NCBI GenBank assembly: GCA_963665125.2
Contig: CAXXUK010000001.1
Span: 3,520,001-3,584,000 of the forward strand
Origin: an uncultured Desulfarculus sp.
GTDB taxonomy: Bacteria; Desulfobacterota; Desulfarculia; Desulfarculales; Desulfarculaceae
Direction of reading: 5' to 3'
Length of the DNA stretch: 64,000 nt
Shown: in pieces, positions 39,629-54,451 of the stretch
How the letters are laid out: each line of letters starts with the position of its first letter
How positions within the stretch are numbered: position 1 is the first letter of the stretch
The notes under the pieces: generated by a model
The model's database searches: none
Seen by the model: only the letters and a program-made list of their open reading frames with translations
What the model was told of the DNA's origin: nothing
Made by a program: the position numbers and the translations under genes

Positions 39629-40939
39629 ATGGCAATATTTCATCTCTTAAATCTAGGCTGCGCCAAAAACCTAGTGGAGGGCGAACACATCGCCGGGATG
39701 CTGTTGGCCGCCGGCTGGCAGGCCTCGCCCGCCACCGAGCAGGCCGATTGGCTCATAGTCAACACCTGCGGCTTTATCCAGCCCGCTGTGGAAGAGGCCA
39801 TTGATGCCATTTTGGAGCTGGCCGACACTAGGCTGGAGGGGCAAAAACTGGCCGTGGTGGGCTGCCTGGTGGGTCGCTACGGCAAAAAGCTGGTCCGCAG
39901 CCTGACCGAGGTCGATCTGTTCGTGGCGCCCGGTCGTCTGGCCGACATGGCCCATCTGTTGAACCATCCGCCCGGCGATAAGCTGGCCATTGCCCCGGCC
40001 AGGGATATCTTCGGCGCGGCCCACCCCAGAGCCGTCACCACGGGCCCGGGCTGGGCCTATCTGCGCATTGCCGACGGCTGCGCCCACCGCTGCGCCTTTT
40101 GCACCATTCCGGCCATCAGGGGGCCGCTGCGCTCCCGCACGGCGACCGATATCCTGGCCGAGGCGCGAATTCTAGCCGAAAACGGCGTAAAAGAGCTCAA
40201 CCTGGTGGCCCAGGACCTTGCCTCCTATGGCCAGGACCTTGCCGAAGGGCCGGATCTGGCCGAGCTGCTGCCCTTGGTGGCCGGTGTGCCGGGAATCCAG
40301 TGGGTGCGGCCTTTGTATCTGCACCCTGACATGCTCGACCAGCGGCTTATCGAGGTTATCGCCGGTACGCCGGGCGTTATGCCGTATTTTGATATTCCCT
40401 TGCAGCATCTGGCCGACCCGGTGCTCCGCGCCATGGGCCGCGGGCGAGTAGGAGCCCAGTTGCGGGAGCTGATAAGCCGGATCAGGCAGGCCAATCCGGC
40501 GGCCACCCTGCGCACCACCTTGCTGGTGGGCCACCCTGGCGAAGGCCAAGCCGATTTTGACCTGCTGGTCAAGGCAGTCGAGGAACTGGAATTCGATCAT
40601 CTTGGAGCCTTCGCCTTTTGCCCGGAGGCCGGGGCCCGTTCGGCCCGGCTGGAAGCCCCCGATCCGGAGATTGCCCGGGAGCGGGCTGCCATCATCATGC
40701 AGACCCAGCGCGAAGTTTCCCGGCGCAGGCTGGCGGCCAAGGTGGGACAGACCATGCCGCTATTGTTCCTGGGCCAACACCGCGAACATGAATATGTGCG
40801 ATGGGGCCGTTTGGCATCCCAGGCACCGGAAGCCGACGGCGAAACCTTTATCACCGACGGCAAAGCGACGGCCGGTGAAATTGTTCAATGCCGCATCACA
40901 GCTAGCCATGATTACGACCTTGAAGCTGTAATTTTTTAA
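39629..40939 (+). CDS. rimO: Ribosomal protein S12 methylthiotransferase
   Basis: LGCAKNLV, VNTCGFI, YLRIADGCAHRCAFCTIP, AQD, DIPLQH, LRTT and APEADG. Confidence 0.9.
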   Translation: MAIFHLLNLGCAKNLVEGEHIAGMLLAAGWQASPATEQADWLIVNTCGFIQPAVEEAIDAILELADTRLEGQKLAVVGCLVGRYGKKLVRSLTEVDLFVAPGRLADMAHLLNHPPGDKLAIAPARDIFGAAHPRAVTTGPGWAYLRIADGCAHRCAFCTIPAIRGPLRSRTATDILAEARILAENGVKELNLVAQDLASYGQDLAEGPDLAELLPLVAGVPGIQWVRPLYLHPDMLDQRLIEVIAGTPGVMPYFDIPLQHLADPVLRAMGRGRVGAQLRELISRIRQANPAATLRTTLLVGHPGEGQADFDLLVKAVEELEFDHLGAFAFCPEAGARSARLEAPDPEIARERAAIIMQTQREVSRRRLAAKVGQTMPLLFLGQHREHEYVRWGRLASQAPEADGETFITDGKATAGEIVQCRITASHDYDLEAVIF

Positions 40940-41026
40940 CCACTGTCGCTTTTATCCACAATTGTGCTTTATTCTCGCCCAATGTTTGTTATACATAACG
41001 CAGTAAAGTGAATTTTCGGAGGCGTT

Positions 41027-42079
41027 ATGTCAGCGGCCAAATCAAGCATAATAGAACGCTTTACCATGGAACCGCAGGTAGCCGCGGCGCTTAGCGCGGC
41101 CGAGCGGCAGATGGGCCAGTTGCAGATGCTGCATCGGATATGGCCCTTGTGGAATGATTTTGCCGCTGGTCCGCTTACGGCATACGCTGCTGTAAACGAG
41201 GCCCAGATGCGCGGACTGGATCTGGAGCCGGTTGAGCTGTTGTCCCTTGGCACCGAACCCGCGCCTTCGCGGCCCGGCAAACCACTGCGCATCGGCGTTG
41301 GATTTGTATTGGCCATGGGCCAAATGTACGGCAAGACTAAACCGGCCCTCACGCCCCAGGCAGTTGGCGGCATTCTCACGGGAATCGACGCGCCCCAACT
41401 GAGCCGCAGCAACCAACGCGACGACTGGCAGTTGCAGAACTCTCCGCCCGGCTCGGCCATTTGGGCCCAGGCGGGCAAGCTTGCCGCCGCCGGACTGCCG
41501 CCCCTGGCCGCCGCCGGGCTGGCCCTGGCCACCTGGGAAAAAGAGGGTCCTGAGCACAAACGCCGCTCCCTGGCCGGTAGGGTTCTGCTTTGCGGCCTGG
41601 CCCGCCACCTTGGCCTGCCCCCGGCCGGTTTCTTGAATTTGGGCCCGGCTCTTCCCCTGGCCGCTGTCAAATTCCCCGGCGGACTGGGCGGGCTTTTATC
41701 AGAGGTTAGATCTCATGGGGCCTGGCGGCCATGGCTGGCCGTGTTTCTCAATGCCGCCGAACTAAGCGCGGCCCAAGCCGCCGATCTGGCCCTGGCCGTG
41801 CATATGCTCCAGGAGGAGAACCAGGGCCTGGTGCGCACCTGGGTCCGGGCTCCGCGCCACCCCCTGCGCCTGTTGGATCTGCTGGTGGGCCACTGTGTCA
41901 TTGACTTGCCCACCGTGGCCAAAGAGCTTGACGTGACCCAGCGCACGGCCGGGCTTCTGGCCTCCAAACTCGAGGAGATGGGTCTTTTGGTCGAAGTCAC
42001 CGGCCAAAAGAGAGGTCGACGGTTTGCCTACATCCCGTTAATCAACGCCCTTTGGCCAGCCGATGAAGAAGAGGGCTGA
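41027..42079 (+). CDS. Fic-like protein with C-terminal wHTH and a degenerate catalytic motif
   Basis: LSAAERQMGQL N-terminus, W..WL..FL.A and C-terminal LEEMGLLVEVTGQKRGRRFAY resemble Fic+HTH proteins. There is no HPFxDGNGR. Confidence 0.6.
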   Translation: MSAAKSSIIERFTMEPQVAAALSAAERQMGQLQMLHRIWPLWNDFAAGPLTAYAAVNEAQMRGLDLEPVELLSLGTEPAPSRPGKPLRIGVGFVLAMGQMYGKTKPALTPQAVGGILTGIDAPQLSRSNQRDDWQLQNSPPGSAIWAQAGKLAAAGLPPLAAAGLALATWEKEGPEHKRRSLAGRVLLCGLARHLGLPPAGFLNLGPALPLAAVKFPGGLGGLLSEVRSHGAWRPWLAVFLNAAELSAAQAADLALAVHMLQEENQGLVRTWVRAPRHPLRLLDLLVGHCVIDLPTVAKELDVTQRTAGLLASKLEEMGLLVEVTGQKRGRRFAYIPLINALWPADEEEG

Positions 42080-42105
42080 TCTTCGGACGGATTGGACGTC
42101 TTGTC

Positions 42106-42687
42106 ATGGAAGAGCAGGTTCTGGTTTTCCCAAGCAAACTGGCCAAGCGCCATGTTCCGGAAAGCGGCTTCACCCAAGACATCGACGGTTTCATGAAAGC
42201 TGTTGAACCGAAGCTTTGTTTCATGTCTCGCGGTCAGGTTGAAGGTAACCCCCGCTACAAACAAATTATTCCCTTTGTGATAATCCGGCGTGAAGGACAG
42301 ATATTGCGCCATTTGCGGGGCAGCGGAGACGACCGCCTGGCCTGGAGCTGGAGCCTGGGCATTGGCGGCCATATCAACCAACAAGACGTTGATGGCTCTC
42401 GGCCCTTTTACCGCCGGGCAATGCTGCGGGAACTTCACGAAGAGGTTCACATAGACGGACCCTACAGCACCCGTCTGTTGGGCCTGGTAAATGACGAGTC
42501 CAACCAGGTTGGCCAGACCCACCTGGGTTTGGTGTTTCTAGTGGAACTGGATTACGGCGAGGTCCGGCCCTGTGAAGACGGACTGGTTGCCGCCGGTTTT
42601 GAGAATCCAGCAGACCTGCGGGCCCGCCGTCATCAGTTTGAAAACTGGTCCCAACACCTATTAGACCTGAACAATGTTCCGTTTTAG
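42106..42687 (+). CDS. NUDIX-like phosphoesterase (YmaB/COG4112 type)
   Basis: YKQIIP, SLGIGGHIN, RELHEE, VGQTHLG and ENWS. Confidence 0.85.
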   Translation: MEEQVLVFPSKLAKRHVPESGFTQDIDGFMKAVEPKLCFMSRGQVEGNPRYKQIIPFVIIRREGQILRHLRGSGDDRLAWSWSLGIGGHINQQDVDGSRPFYRRAMLRELHEEVHIDGPYSTRLLGLVNDESNQVGQTHLGLVFLVELDYGEVRPCEDGLVAAGFENPADLRARRHQFENWSQHLLDLNNVPF

Positions 42688-42847
42688 CTATTTTCTAGCT
42701 ACGTTATAGGCTATACCATCTTGACAAACGCCCCCTGTTTTCATTTATGCTCTTTCTGTAGCCGCATCTTTGACCACACTCCCGGGGCTGCTTTTTTGCG
42801 GCTTTGGCGCCGCGGTTCGCCCTATTTTTTCAATGTGGAGTATGGAC

Positions 42848-44635
42848 ATGGCCGATATCATGAAACCGAGATTACAGTCAGGTCAGGCCTTTTTCGACGA
42901 GGCCCTGATGAATTGCTACCAGCGTATCGGCTATCCCAAGGGGTGGCTTGATGAGGGCAAAACCTACTCCCCAGATGACGCCTATGTCATCAGTCATCCA
43001 AGTTGGTATATGGAGGAACTTCCTTCTCCGCCGATGGTCAGTATATATGATCTTTTCAAGCAGACCGTCGAGCGGGTACCCGACGATGTGGCGGTTATAT
43101 TCCTCGACAAGCCGGTGACTTATCGCCAACTAGACGACATGATCAGCCGGTATGCCGCTTTTCTGGCCAGCCACGGAATCGGCAAAGGCGACGTATGCGC
43201 GGCCATGCTGCCCAATTCGCTGCAACACGTAATTGCCTTTTACGCAGCGGTCAAGATTGGTGCGACCCATTCGCCGCTCAATGTGATGTACCAGGCCGAC
43301 GAGGTGGAATACCAACTCACCGACAACAAGGCCAAGGTAGTCTTGTCTCTGGATCTGTTGGCCGACAAAGTCTTGCCATTGGTCAAAAGTGGCCAGGTGC
43401 GCAAGCTTTTGGTGACCAACATTAAGGATTGGGCCATTGACGGTTACGAGCCATACCCGGCAATCAAATTCCTTTGGGACATACCCAAGATGCCGGTTGA
43501 AGGGGCTCTTGACTTCTTTGATACACTGGAGGCTCAAACGCCTCTGGAAGAAGCCTACAAGTGCGACCCCAAGAACGACGTGGCCCTTCTTTTATACACC
43601 GCCGGTACAACAGGCCGCAGCAAGGGCGTCATCGAGACCCATTTCAACATGGTCTACAATTCCTTGACCCACACTCACGCCTTCAGGACCTGGGGTGATC
43701 ATGAAATTAATTTTTCGATCATGCCCATGTTCCACACGGCCGGGTATTTCCTTCATACTTTGCCGGTGTTTTACCAGGGCGGCACTCTCATCCCCATCCC
43801 CATGTTCGATGTGGCTGATTGTTTCCGGATCATAGGGCTGCACAAGGTCAATGTGATTTTTGCCCCGCCAACTCTGTTCATAGCCCTTTTGGCGGATCAG
43901 GAGCTGGTCAAGCGCAGCGACCTTAGCAGCATAAGGGTCACTATCGGCTGCGGCGCGCCGGTCCCCGTGGCCCTGCAACAGCAATGGGAGAAAATCACCG
44001 GAGCCCGTCTGGTCAACGGCTGGGGCATGACCGAAACCAACAGCGGCGGCATTATCAGCATCCCGGGCATCAAGGAAAAAACCGAAGCCATCGGCGTGCC
44101 GGTGTATAGCGAGACCAAGATCTGCGACGAGGGTGGCAATGTGGTCAAGCGTGGTGAGCAGGGCGAAATTTTGTACCGAGGCCTGCAAGTTGCCAAGGGA
44201 TATCTGAACAAGCCCGAAGCCACCGCCGAGGCTTTTATGCAAGATGGCTGGTTCCGCACGGGTGATCGTGGATTTATCGATGATGACGACTTTGTTCATT
44301 TTGTCGACCGTATCAAGGACTTGATCGTCGCCTCGGGTTACAACGTGGCGCCAGTGGAGATTGAGGAGGTCTTGTACAAGCATCCGTCCGTGGCCGAGGT
44401 GGCTGTCATCGGCATTCCAGACGAATACCGCGGCGAGACGATAAAGGCCTATGTGGCCTTAAAGCCCGATGCCAAAGAGGGCCTTGTCGTGGAGGATTTG
44501 ATATCCCATTGCAAGGAGCATCTGGCGACGTTCAAGGTGCCCCGCCAGATCGAACTACGCGACACCCTGCCCAAGAGCGCCGTGGGCAAGATACTCAGGC
44601 GTGTGTTGCGCGACGAGCACGTTCAAAACGCATAG
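42848..44635 (+). CDS. Long-chain-fatty-acid-CoA ligase
   Basis: YTAGTTGRSKG, GWGMTET, FRTGDRG and GKILRR. GGAG RBS before ATG 42848; start approximate. Confidence 0.9.
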   Translation: MADIMKPRLQSGQAFFDEALMNCYQRIGYPKGWLDEGKTYSPDDAYVISHPSWYMEELPSPPMVSIYDLFKQTVERVPDDVAVIFLDKPVTYRQLDDMISRYAAFLASHGIGKGDVCAAMLPNSLQHVIAFYAAVKIGATHSPLNVMYQADEVEYQLTDNKAKVVLSLDLLADKVLPLVKSGQVRKLLVTNIKDWAIDGYEPYPAIKFLWDIPKMPVEGALDFFDTLEAQTPLEEAYKCDPKNDVALLLYTAGTTGRSKGVIETHFNMVYNSLTHTHAFRTWGDHEINFSIMPMFHTAGYFLHTLPVFYQGGTLIPIPMFDVADCFRIIGLHKVNVIFAPPTLFIALLADQELVKRSDLSSIRVTIGCGAPVPVALQQQWEKITGARLVNGWGMTETNSGGIISIPGIKEKTEAIGVPVYSETKICDEGGNVVKRGEQGEILYRGLQVAKGYLNKPEATAEAFMQDGWFRTGDRGFIDDDDFVHFVDRIKDLIVASGYNVAPVEIEEVLYKHPSVAEVAVIGIPDEYRGETIKAYVALKPDAKEGLVVEDLISHCKEHLATFKVPRQIELRDTLPKSAVGKILRRVLRDEHVQNA

Positions 44636-44657
44636 CCCAGCAATACAGCGCCTCCCC

Positions 44658-44695
44658 AAAAAAGTAGCCCCCGGCTCATTGCTGAGTCGGGGGCT
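44658..44695 (-). terminator. rRNA operon terminator
   Basis: AGCCCCCGGCTCA...TGAGTCGGGGGCT, with a T-run on the minus strand after the 5S gene. Confidence 0.8.
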
Positions 44696-44704
44696 TAAAA
44701 AATG

Positions 44705-44821
<117 letters not shown>

Positions 44822-44929
44822 AACTTTATTCAATTTTCAGGGCTGCCATCTGGCAACACAATAGAGTAGGAAACACATTTTGTTCAACGCTTCGGCCGAG
44901 TCTGTTGTCATCTTTAAAGATGTTAAAGT

Positions 44930-47926
<2,997 letters not shown>

Positions 47927-48148
47927 ACAAATCTTGAAAGATACTTTCAGACTCAGCCTAAGCGTTGGACAGAATCAACGCTTAATTACGTTCTAGTAAA
48001 CGCAAACTTACGTTTACAATGTGTTTCCTACTCTATTCTATTGTCAGATAGCTCTTTGGCCTTTCGGCCTATATTTGCCGGATCAATAGTTCCGGACAAA
48101 ATCTTTATATTCTCTAGCGGGCCTCTCAGTTTGGCGCGCTTTCTTGCC

Positions 48149-48224
48149 TGGTGGAGGTGAACGGACTCGAACCGTCGGCCTCCTGCGTGCAAGGCAGGCG
48201 CTCTCCCATCTGAGCTACACCCCC
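48149..48224 (-). tRNA. tRNA-Ala(TGC)
   Basis: GGGGGTGTAGCTCAG...TTGCACG...TTCGAGT...CACCTCCACCA cloverleaf. Confidence 0.97.
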
Positions 48225-48241
48225 TGATAATCACCCTAAGG

Positions 48242-48320
<79 letters not shown>

Positions 48321-48454
48321 ATTCAAGAGCTTTTTCTTCGCTTGTCAGAGAGCAAAAATTGATCCCTGAAAGCTGAATAGCGGGTCTGGACGTCAATACG
48401 ACCGAGTCTTAATGGCAACGATGTTCTCGGATCCCGAGACATCGAAGCATAAAA

Positions 48455-50017
<1,563 letters not shown>

Positions 50018-50129
50018 ATATCGTCACTGCTTTCGCAGCTTTAACCGGGAAATTGACTCGACCCGAATTGACGTCCATTTCACCCGCTATTCAGTTTTCA
50101 GAGATCATTTGTGCAGAAGCGCGATATTC

Positions 50130-50268
50130 AATCTACCACGCTGTGTCTGCTTCGTCAAGGGCTTGTTTTTGGGGTTTTTGCACCTTTGTCTCAAGCCGTG
50201 CCGCGCTTGGCTCGTTGGCTTCCGTGCGGCAACGAGGGGAATAATAACAGAACTTCTTTTGCCGTCAA
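50130..50268 (-). promoter_or_regulatory. Tandem rRNA promoters P1 and P2
   Basis: P1: TTGACG (50268-50263), 16 bp, TATTAT (50246-50241) with a TG extension and upstream A-tract. P2: TTGACG (50158-50153), 17 bp, TAGATT (50135-50130). Confidence 0.75.
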
Positions 50269-50302
50269 CACGGAAAACGCTTTTTTTTGACAATTCCGCA
50301 AC

Positions 50303-50350
50303 ATTCTACATGTTGTATTTAGTGCACTTGTGTACCACTACATGTTGTAT
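50303..50350. promoter_or_regulatory. Two tandem NrdR-box-like sites
   Basis: CTACATGTTGTAT is repeated exactly at 50306 and 50338, 32 bp apart. Confidence 0.5.
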
Positions 50351-50510
50351 GCGCCACCCGCCAAACATCGCGCCCTTGTGATGAACGCCGCTCAAAATCC
50401 AATTTGTCTTTTTTGGGTGTTTACAGGCCTTGGCCCATTTTTTCCGGTGTACTCAGTATACACTGCCCATGCCCCGGCGCCGAAGCCCCGGACCGGGCCT
50501 CCGAGGGCCG

Positions 50511-52478
50511 CTATTCTTCCTTACGGCCAACCAATCCTGTGAGCCCGGCGACGACCACCAATGCCAGAAACCAACTGCCAAACTTCTGAAACATGAACCA
50601 AGCTCGTGGAATGCCGTGGATGTCTTTAATTATGTCTGTGTGACCTTTGGCCAGTTCAAGAACAGGGATCGTTTGATCCAAGCTAAAAGCCGCCCACCAA
50701 GCGAGGCTATGCTTATTGAGTTTCGGTAGTTCTATCCCCTCCATTACGCCATAGTGCACCAGAAGAATTACCAGCCAACCTATTGTCGCCAGCAAACCAC
50801 CACAGAGTAATGACCTTAAGTAGCCCGCCCCGACGCCGTAGTTTATTGTCCACTTTAATGCAGTCCGCCAGGCATAGCGCAAATATCCTTTTATTTCAAA
50901 CCTCGTTAATGCTTTTCTGAAAGGATTCCTCCAACTTATCGCCTTTGCCCTATCCTTGCGTATTTCTTTATCAACCTTTTCCTGCTTCCAGCTTTTTCGC
51001 CTCTGCTCATATAGTGCACGCTTGACCACGTTAGCCTTTCTTGTGTGGCCTACCGCTCTAAGCATTCTGTAACACTGACGATATGGCTGCGGGGAGTCAT
51101 TTCTTTGAAGGCTTAACAATTTAACAAACCATTCACCCCTCCTCTTCGTAAGCTGGTTTTCCTCTCCCTCTTCACCACCTCCAAAATATCCGTATGTCAG
51201 GCCCTCAAAATCCACCGAGCCCTCCACATGCGGCCAGGCGCTTATCGTGTCACAGATTGTGCCAATATTGGCCCCCCTTAGCACAAGCGACCCTGATTCT
51301 CCCCATTGAGGTTCTTCCATATCCAGTTTTAACGTCTTGCGAATACTAGCATTCTCAAAGGATACTAAACTGTTAAGCTGTGAATCACACAGAATTGCCG
51401 ATCCTTGTATGTTCGACCACCCAAAAAACAGCCCCTCATATGGCTCTTCTTCGTCATCTTCACTTTCTCCCGGATACTCCAATGCGTAATTTTCCGGCAT
51501 TTTCAGCAAGCAACACCCTTTGAGCCACAGGTCTCCGTTTATCGTCAGGTCCTCCGCCTCCAGGCCAGTTGAGACGGTAGCGTCGTTTAAATAGCAATCT
51601 CCGTCCACAATGGAGTCGTTAATGTAAAAATTCCACTTCATCTGGCTGCCATCTAGATAAACGTTTCCATCAGCACGAATACTCTTCATCTCCACCACAT
51701 TAAAAAATGTGGCATTTCTCATTAGAACTTGCCCACGGAAATGGCCGCCCGACATGTCAAGCTTAAATTTTGATTCTATTTCGTCCATGTTAAGCAACCC
51801 GCCAACATCAATGCCCAACATTAAAATTGATGCATTGCTTCTAGCATTTTCCAAACTTAGCAAACCTCCAATTTTGGCGTTTTTTAAATCAAGACCATTA
51901 AACACAGTGTTTCTTAAAAATAATGATTTCTTTGTGCGGAGGTTTTCAAAATTCGCAATGCCCTTAATATTTGAAAAGTCCATATCAATGGTATGGTCAC
52001 TATCGGCTTCTTTTAGAATCACTCCCATCTCAAATATGTTGTACCGTAGAGTCAATCTACTAGTTATAGAAATCCTCCGTAAATCCAATGTTTCCAAGAA
52101 GTAAGCACCACAAAGGCTAAAACCGCTGTATGGCAAGGCTGTTTTCCATGGCTCACTGCTTAATATCATTTCCAAAAATCTTGGCCTAATGGCTCTATCG
52201 TTTTTCGTATCATCTGACCATTCTTGGTCTGTTGGCAATTGCGGATCGTGCTTATATAACGAATTAAAATCCGCATTACCGTTTTTATGGATTTGCCTCC
52301 AAGCCCACTTTTCATTCTCTGTCCAATCTTTATGCGGCGGAGTTGTCTTTGGGCCGCCAGGCCAAGCCGGTTGGCCCTCGCGGGACAGGTCATACCAAAC
52401 GCTGTCTATTTCTGTAAGGTTAGGCCGGGTCAGGCCTAAAGGCTTACTCACTCGCTTCTTGGACATTAATCCCCCCAA
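50511..52478 (-). CDS. Low-GC beta-solenoid repeat protein with a C-terminal two-helix membrane domain
   Basis: Repeated (L/F)xxAx(I/F)xGxL units; QPY...L...G motif; TM, SLDQTIPVL loop, TM at the C-terminus. Visibly AT-richer than the flanks. Confidence 0.75.
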   Translation of the reverse strand: MGGLMSKKRVSKPLGLTRPNLTEIDSVWYDLSREGQPAWPGGPKTTPPHKDWTENEKWAWRQIHKNGNADFNSLYKHDPQLPTDQEWSDDTKNDRAIRPRFLEMILSSEPWKTALPYSGFSLCGAYFLETLDLRRISITSRLTLRYNIFEMGVILKEADSDHTIDMDFSNIKGIANFENLRTKKSLFLRNTVFNGLDLKNAKIGGLLSLENARSNASILMLGIDVGGLLNMDEIESKFKLDMSGGHFRGQVLMRNATFFNVVEMKSIRADGNVYLDGSQMKWNFYINDSIVDGDCYLNDATVSTGLEAEDLTINGDLWLKGCCLLKMPENYALEYPGESEDDEEEPYEGLFFGWSNIQGSAILCDSQLNSLVSFENASIRKTLKLDMEEPQWGESGSLVLRGANIGTICDTISAWPHVEGSVDFEGLTYGYFGGGEEGEENQLTKRRGEWFVKLLSLQRNDSPQPYRQCYRMLRAVGHTRKANVVKRALYEQRRKSWKQEKVDKEIRKDRAKAISWRNPFRKALTRFEIKGYLRYAWRTALKWTINYGVGAGYLRSLLCGGLLATIGWLVILLVHYGVMEGIELPKLNKHSLAWWAAFSLDQTIPVLELAKGHTDIIKDIHGIPRAWFMFQKFGSWFLALVVVAGLTGLVGRKEE

Positions 52479-52549
52479 ATAGAAATAGCTGTGCCTCGCG
52501 GCTCGTCAGCCGCCTTTGGCATCATAACATGTTTGCAGGTGTTTTTAGC

Positions 52550-53290
52550 CTATTCGCCGTTGTGCTCGCGCACGTGTTCGCCGATGACCCGGCGAACCAT
52601 GGCCGCGGTTTGTTCCACGCTAAGCTCAGCGAAGGCCGATGGCGGGATCTCGTCCAGCACCTCGATGGTGATGTCCCTATGCCCGCGCATGACCATGCTC
52701 TTTTTGGGCAGGGCGTGGCAGGTGCCGCTGACGGCTATGGGCAAAATGGGCAGGTTCAGTTCCTTTGCCAGGATAAACGCGCCGGGCTTGAAGTCCCGCA
52801 GGTTGCCGTCCTTGGAGCGGCTGCCCTCGGGGAAGATCCACACCGAGTTGCCCTGGCCCAGGCTGCGTCGGCAGTGGTCAAGCATTTGGCGCACGCTGTC
52901 CTTGTCGCCGCGCACCAGCTTGATGTAGTCGTTGAGGATCATGTTCCAACCGATGAACGGCAGCTTGAATATCTCGATCTTTGACACCCACTTGTAGTGG
53001 AAGAACAGGCCGAAGGCCACCAGGATGTCCAACTGTGATTGATGGTTGGAGACCACCACATAGGTTGTCTTGGGGTCGATCTTCTGCCGGCCGATCTTGG
53101 CCACATGCCACAGGGGCACCAGCCAGACATACATATAGCCCCAAAAACATGTGAACAGGTGCAGGGCCTTCAGGCGGCGGTCAAAAGGCCGGGTCACCAG
53201 CCATATGACCAAAGCTACAAAATAGAAGATCATGCAAGTGACGGCCATGTAGCCGATGAGCGCCCAGGACATTATGCGGTTGAAGATCAT
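52550..53290 (-). CDS. plsC: 1-acyl-sn-glycerol-3-phosphate acyltransferase
   Basis: NHQSQLD, FPEGSRS and FKPGAF motifs. Confidence 0.88.
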   Translation of the reverse strand: MIFNRIMSWALIGYMAVTCMIFYFVALVIWLVTRPFDRRLKALHLFTCFWGYMYVWLVPLWHVAKIGRQKIDPKTTYVVVSNHQSQLDILVAFGLFFHYKWVSKIEIFKLPFIGWNMILNDYIKLVRGDKDSVRQMLDHCRRSLGQGNSVWIFPEGSRSKDGNLRDFKPGAFILAKELNLPILPIAVSGTCHALPKKSMVMRGHRDITIEVLDEIPPSAFAELSVEQTAAMVRRVIGEHVREHNGE

Positions 53291-53503
53291 GAAGCCCTCT
53301 TACGGATTCAGTGTTCAAAGGCCGTGCCCATCCCCAAGCGGCCTGATTTGCAACCTGTCCATAATACTGCTTTTGTCGTTCCGTGGGTAGGGTTTAGAGG
53401 CATGTTATTGTTACATATTCGTTTTAGGGCGGGGCTGGTATAACGGGCCTAGTACTCGTTCATAAATTTTGGCTCTTTGGGCTTCTGGCGAAGCTAATTG
53501 TCC

Positions 53504-54260
53504 CCTGGGGGAAATGGGACCCCCTTTCGACAAAGGTGGTCCCCGGCTCCCCCCAGACCCCGCCTCCCCCCCTCCAAATGACGTTGCCTCTAGTTGAGTC
53601 TGAGGTTCCCTGGGATATGCTTACGCTTATAGATAAGCCTGTATATGTTGGCGGAGCCGGATCGGCCTATAGCAACATGGCTTGTAAAGACGAACCGGAC
53701 TGTAATGCCGTGCCCGATGAAAGGTATGAGGCCGGTTGTGTAGAGCACCAACGTGGATTAAACACACACCGCTCGGCGCGATCGGCCACGGCGCCCGCTT
53801 TGGGCTCTTTCTCCGCGCCGTTTCCGAAATGCAGCCAAGGAATTTGGCAAAAACAGTGCGGTCCACAACTGGGCGGGGAAGACATAGCTCCACAAGCATT
53901 TCCGCTCGCAGGGCCGGTTACAATCCTGCTGGGCCAGATATGCCTTTTGCGAGCGGGGAGTCCAGAGGGGCCGGCGAGCTTTGGCATTATCAAAAGCGAA
54001 GAGGCCCCTCTGGCCGCCGGAGGCAAACGATCTCTTGCACCCCGGCCCGTCCCTGGTCCGAAAAACAGCGCCCCGAACGGAGCAAGTTCGATCCGGGGCT
54101 TGCGGCTGTCGCGGCAAGCCGGGTCGGCCATGCTATTTTCTTGCACCTTGGCCCGTCCTTGGGCCAAGGTGCAGCGCCTCGGACGGAGCAAGTCCGATCC
54201 GGCGCTCACGGCGCGTGGCTTCGCGCCGCGCCGGGCTGGCCGTCCTGGCCAGCCTATCTG
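53504..54260. repeat. Second locus of the composite intergenic repeat, with modules rearranged and inverted
   Basis: 53504-53620 matches 13263-13378 (direct). 53971-54025 matches 13770-13826 (direct). 54030-54260 is the reverse complement of ~13530-13765. Confidence 0.9.
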
Positions 54261-54451
54261 AAACGCATGATGTTGCCATTATGGAGGTGCCAGGCCGGGG
54301 CCACGTGGGGGTATTACGGCGTTGAGCGCTTCCCGCGATATGGCGGTCCACGCATCGGGGCTATTTTCTTGCGCCTTTTATTGAAAAAGGCCGGACGCTT
54401 GCCTAATCGCATGCGCCCGGCCCCTGTTTGGCTTGAATCTGGTATTGGCTT

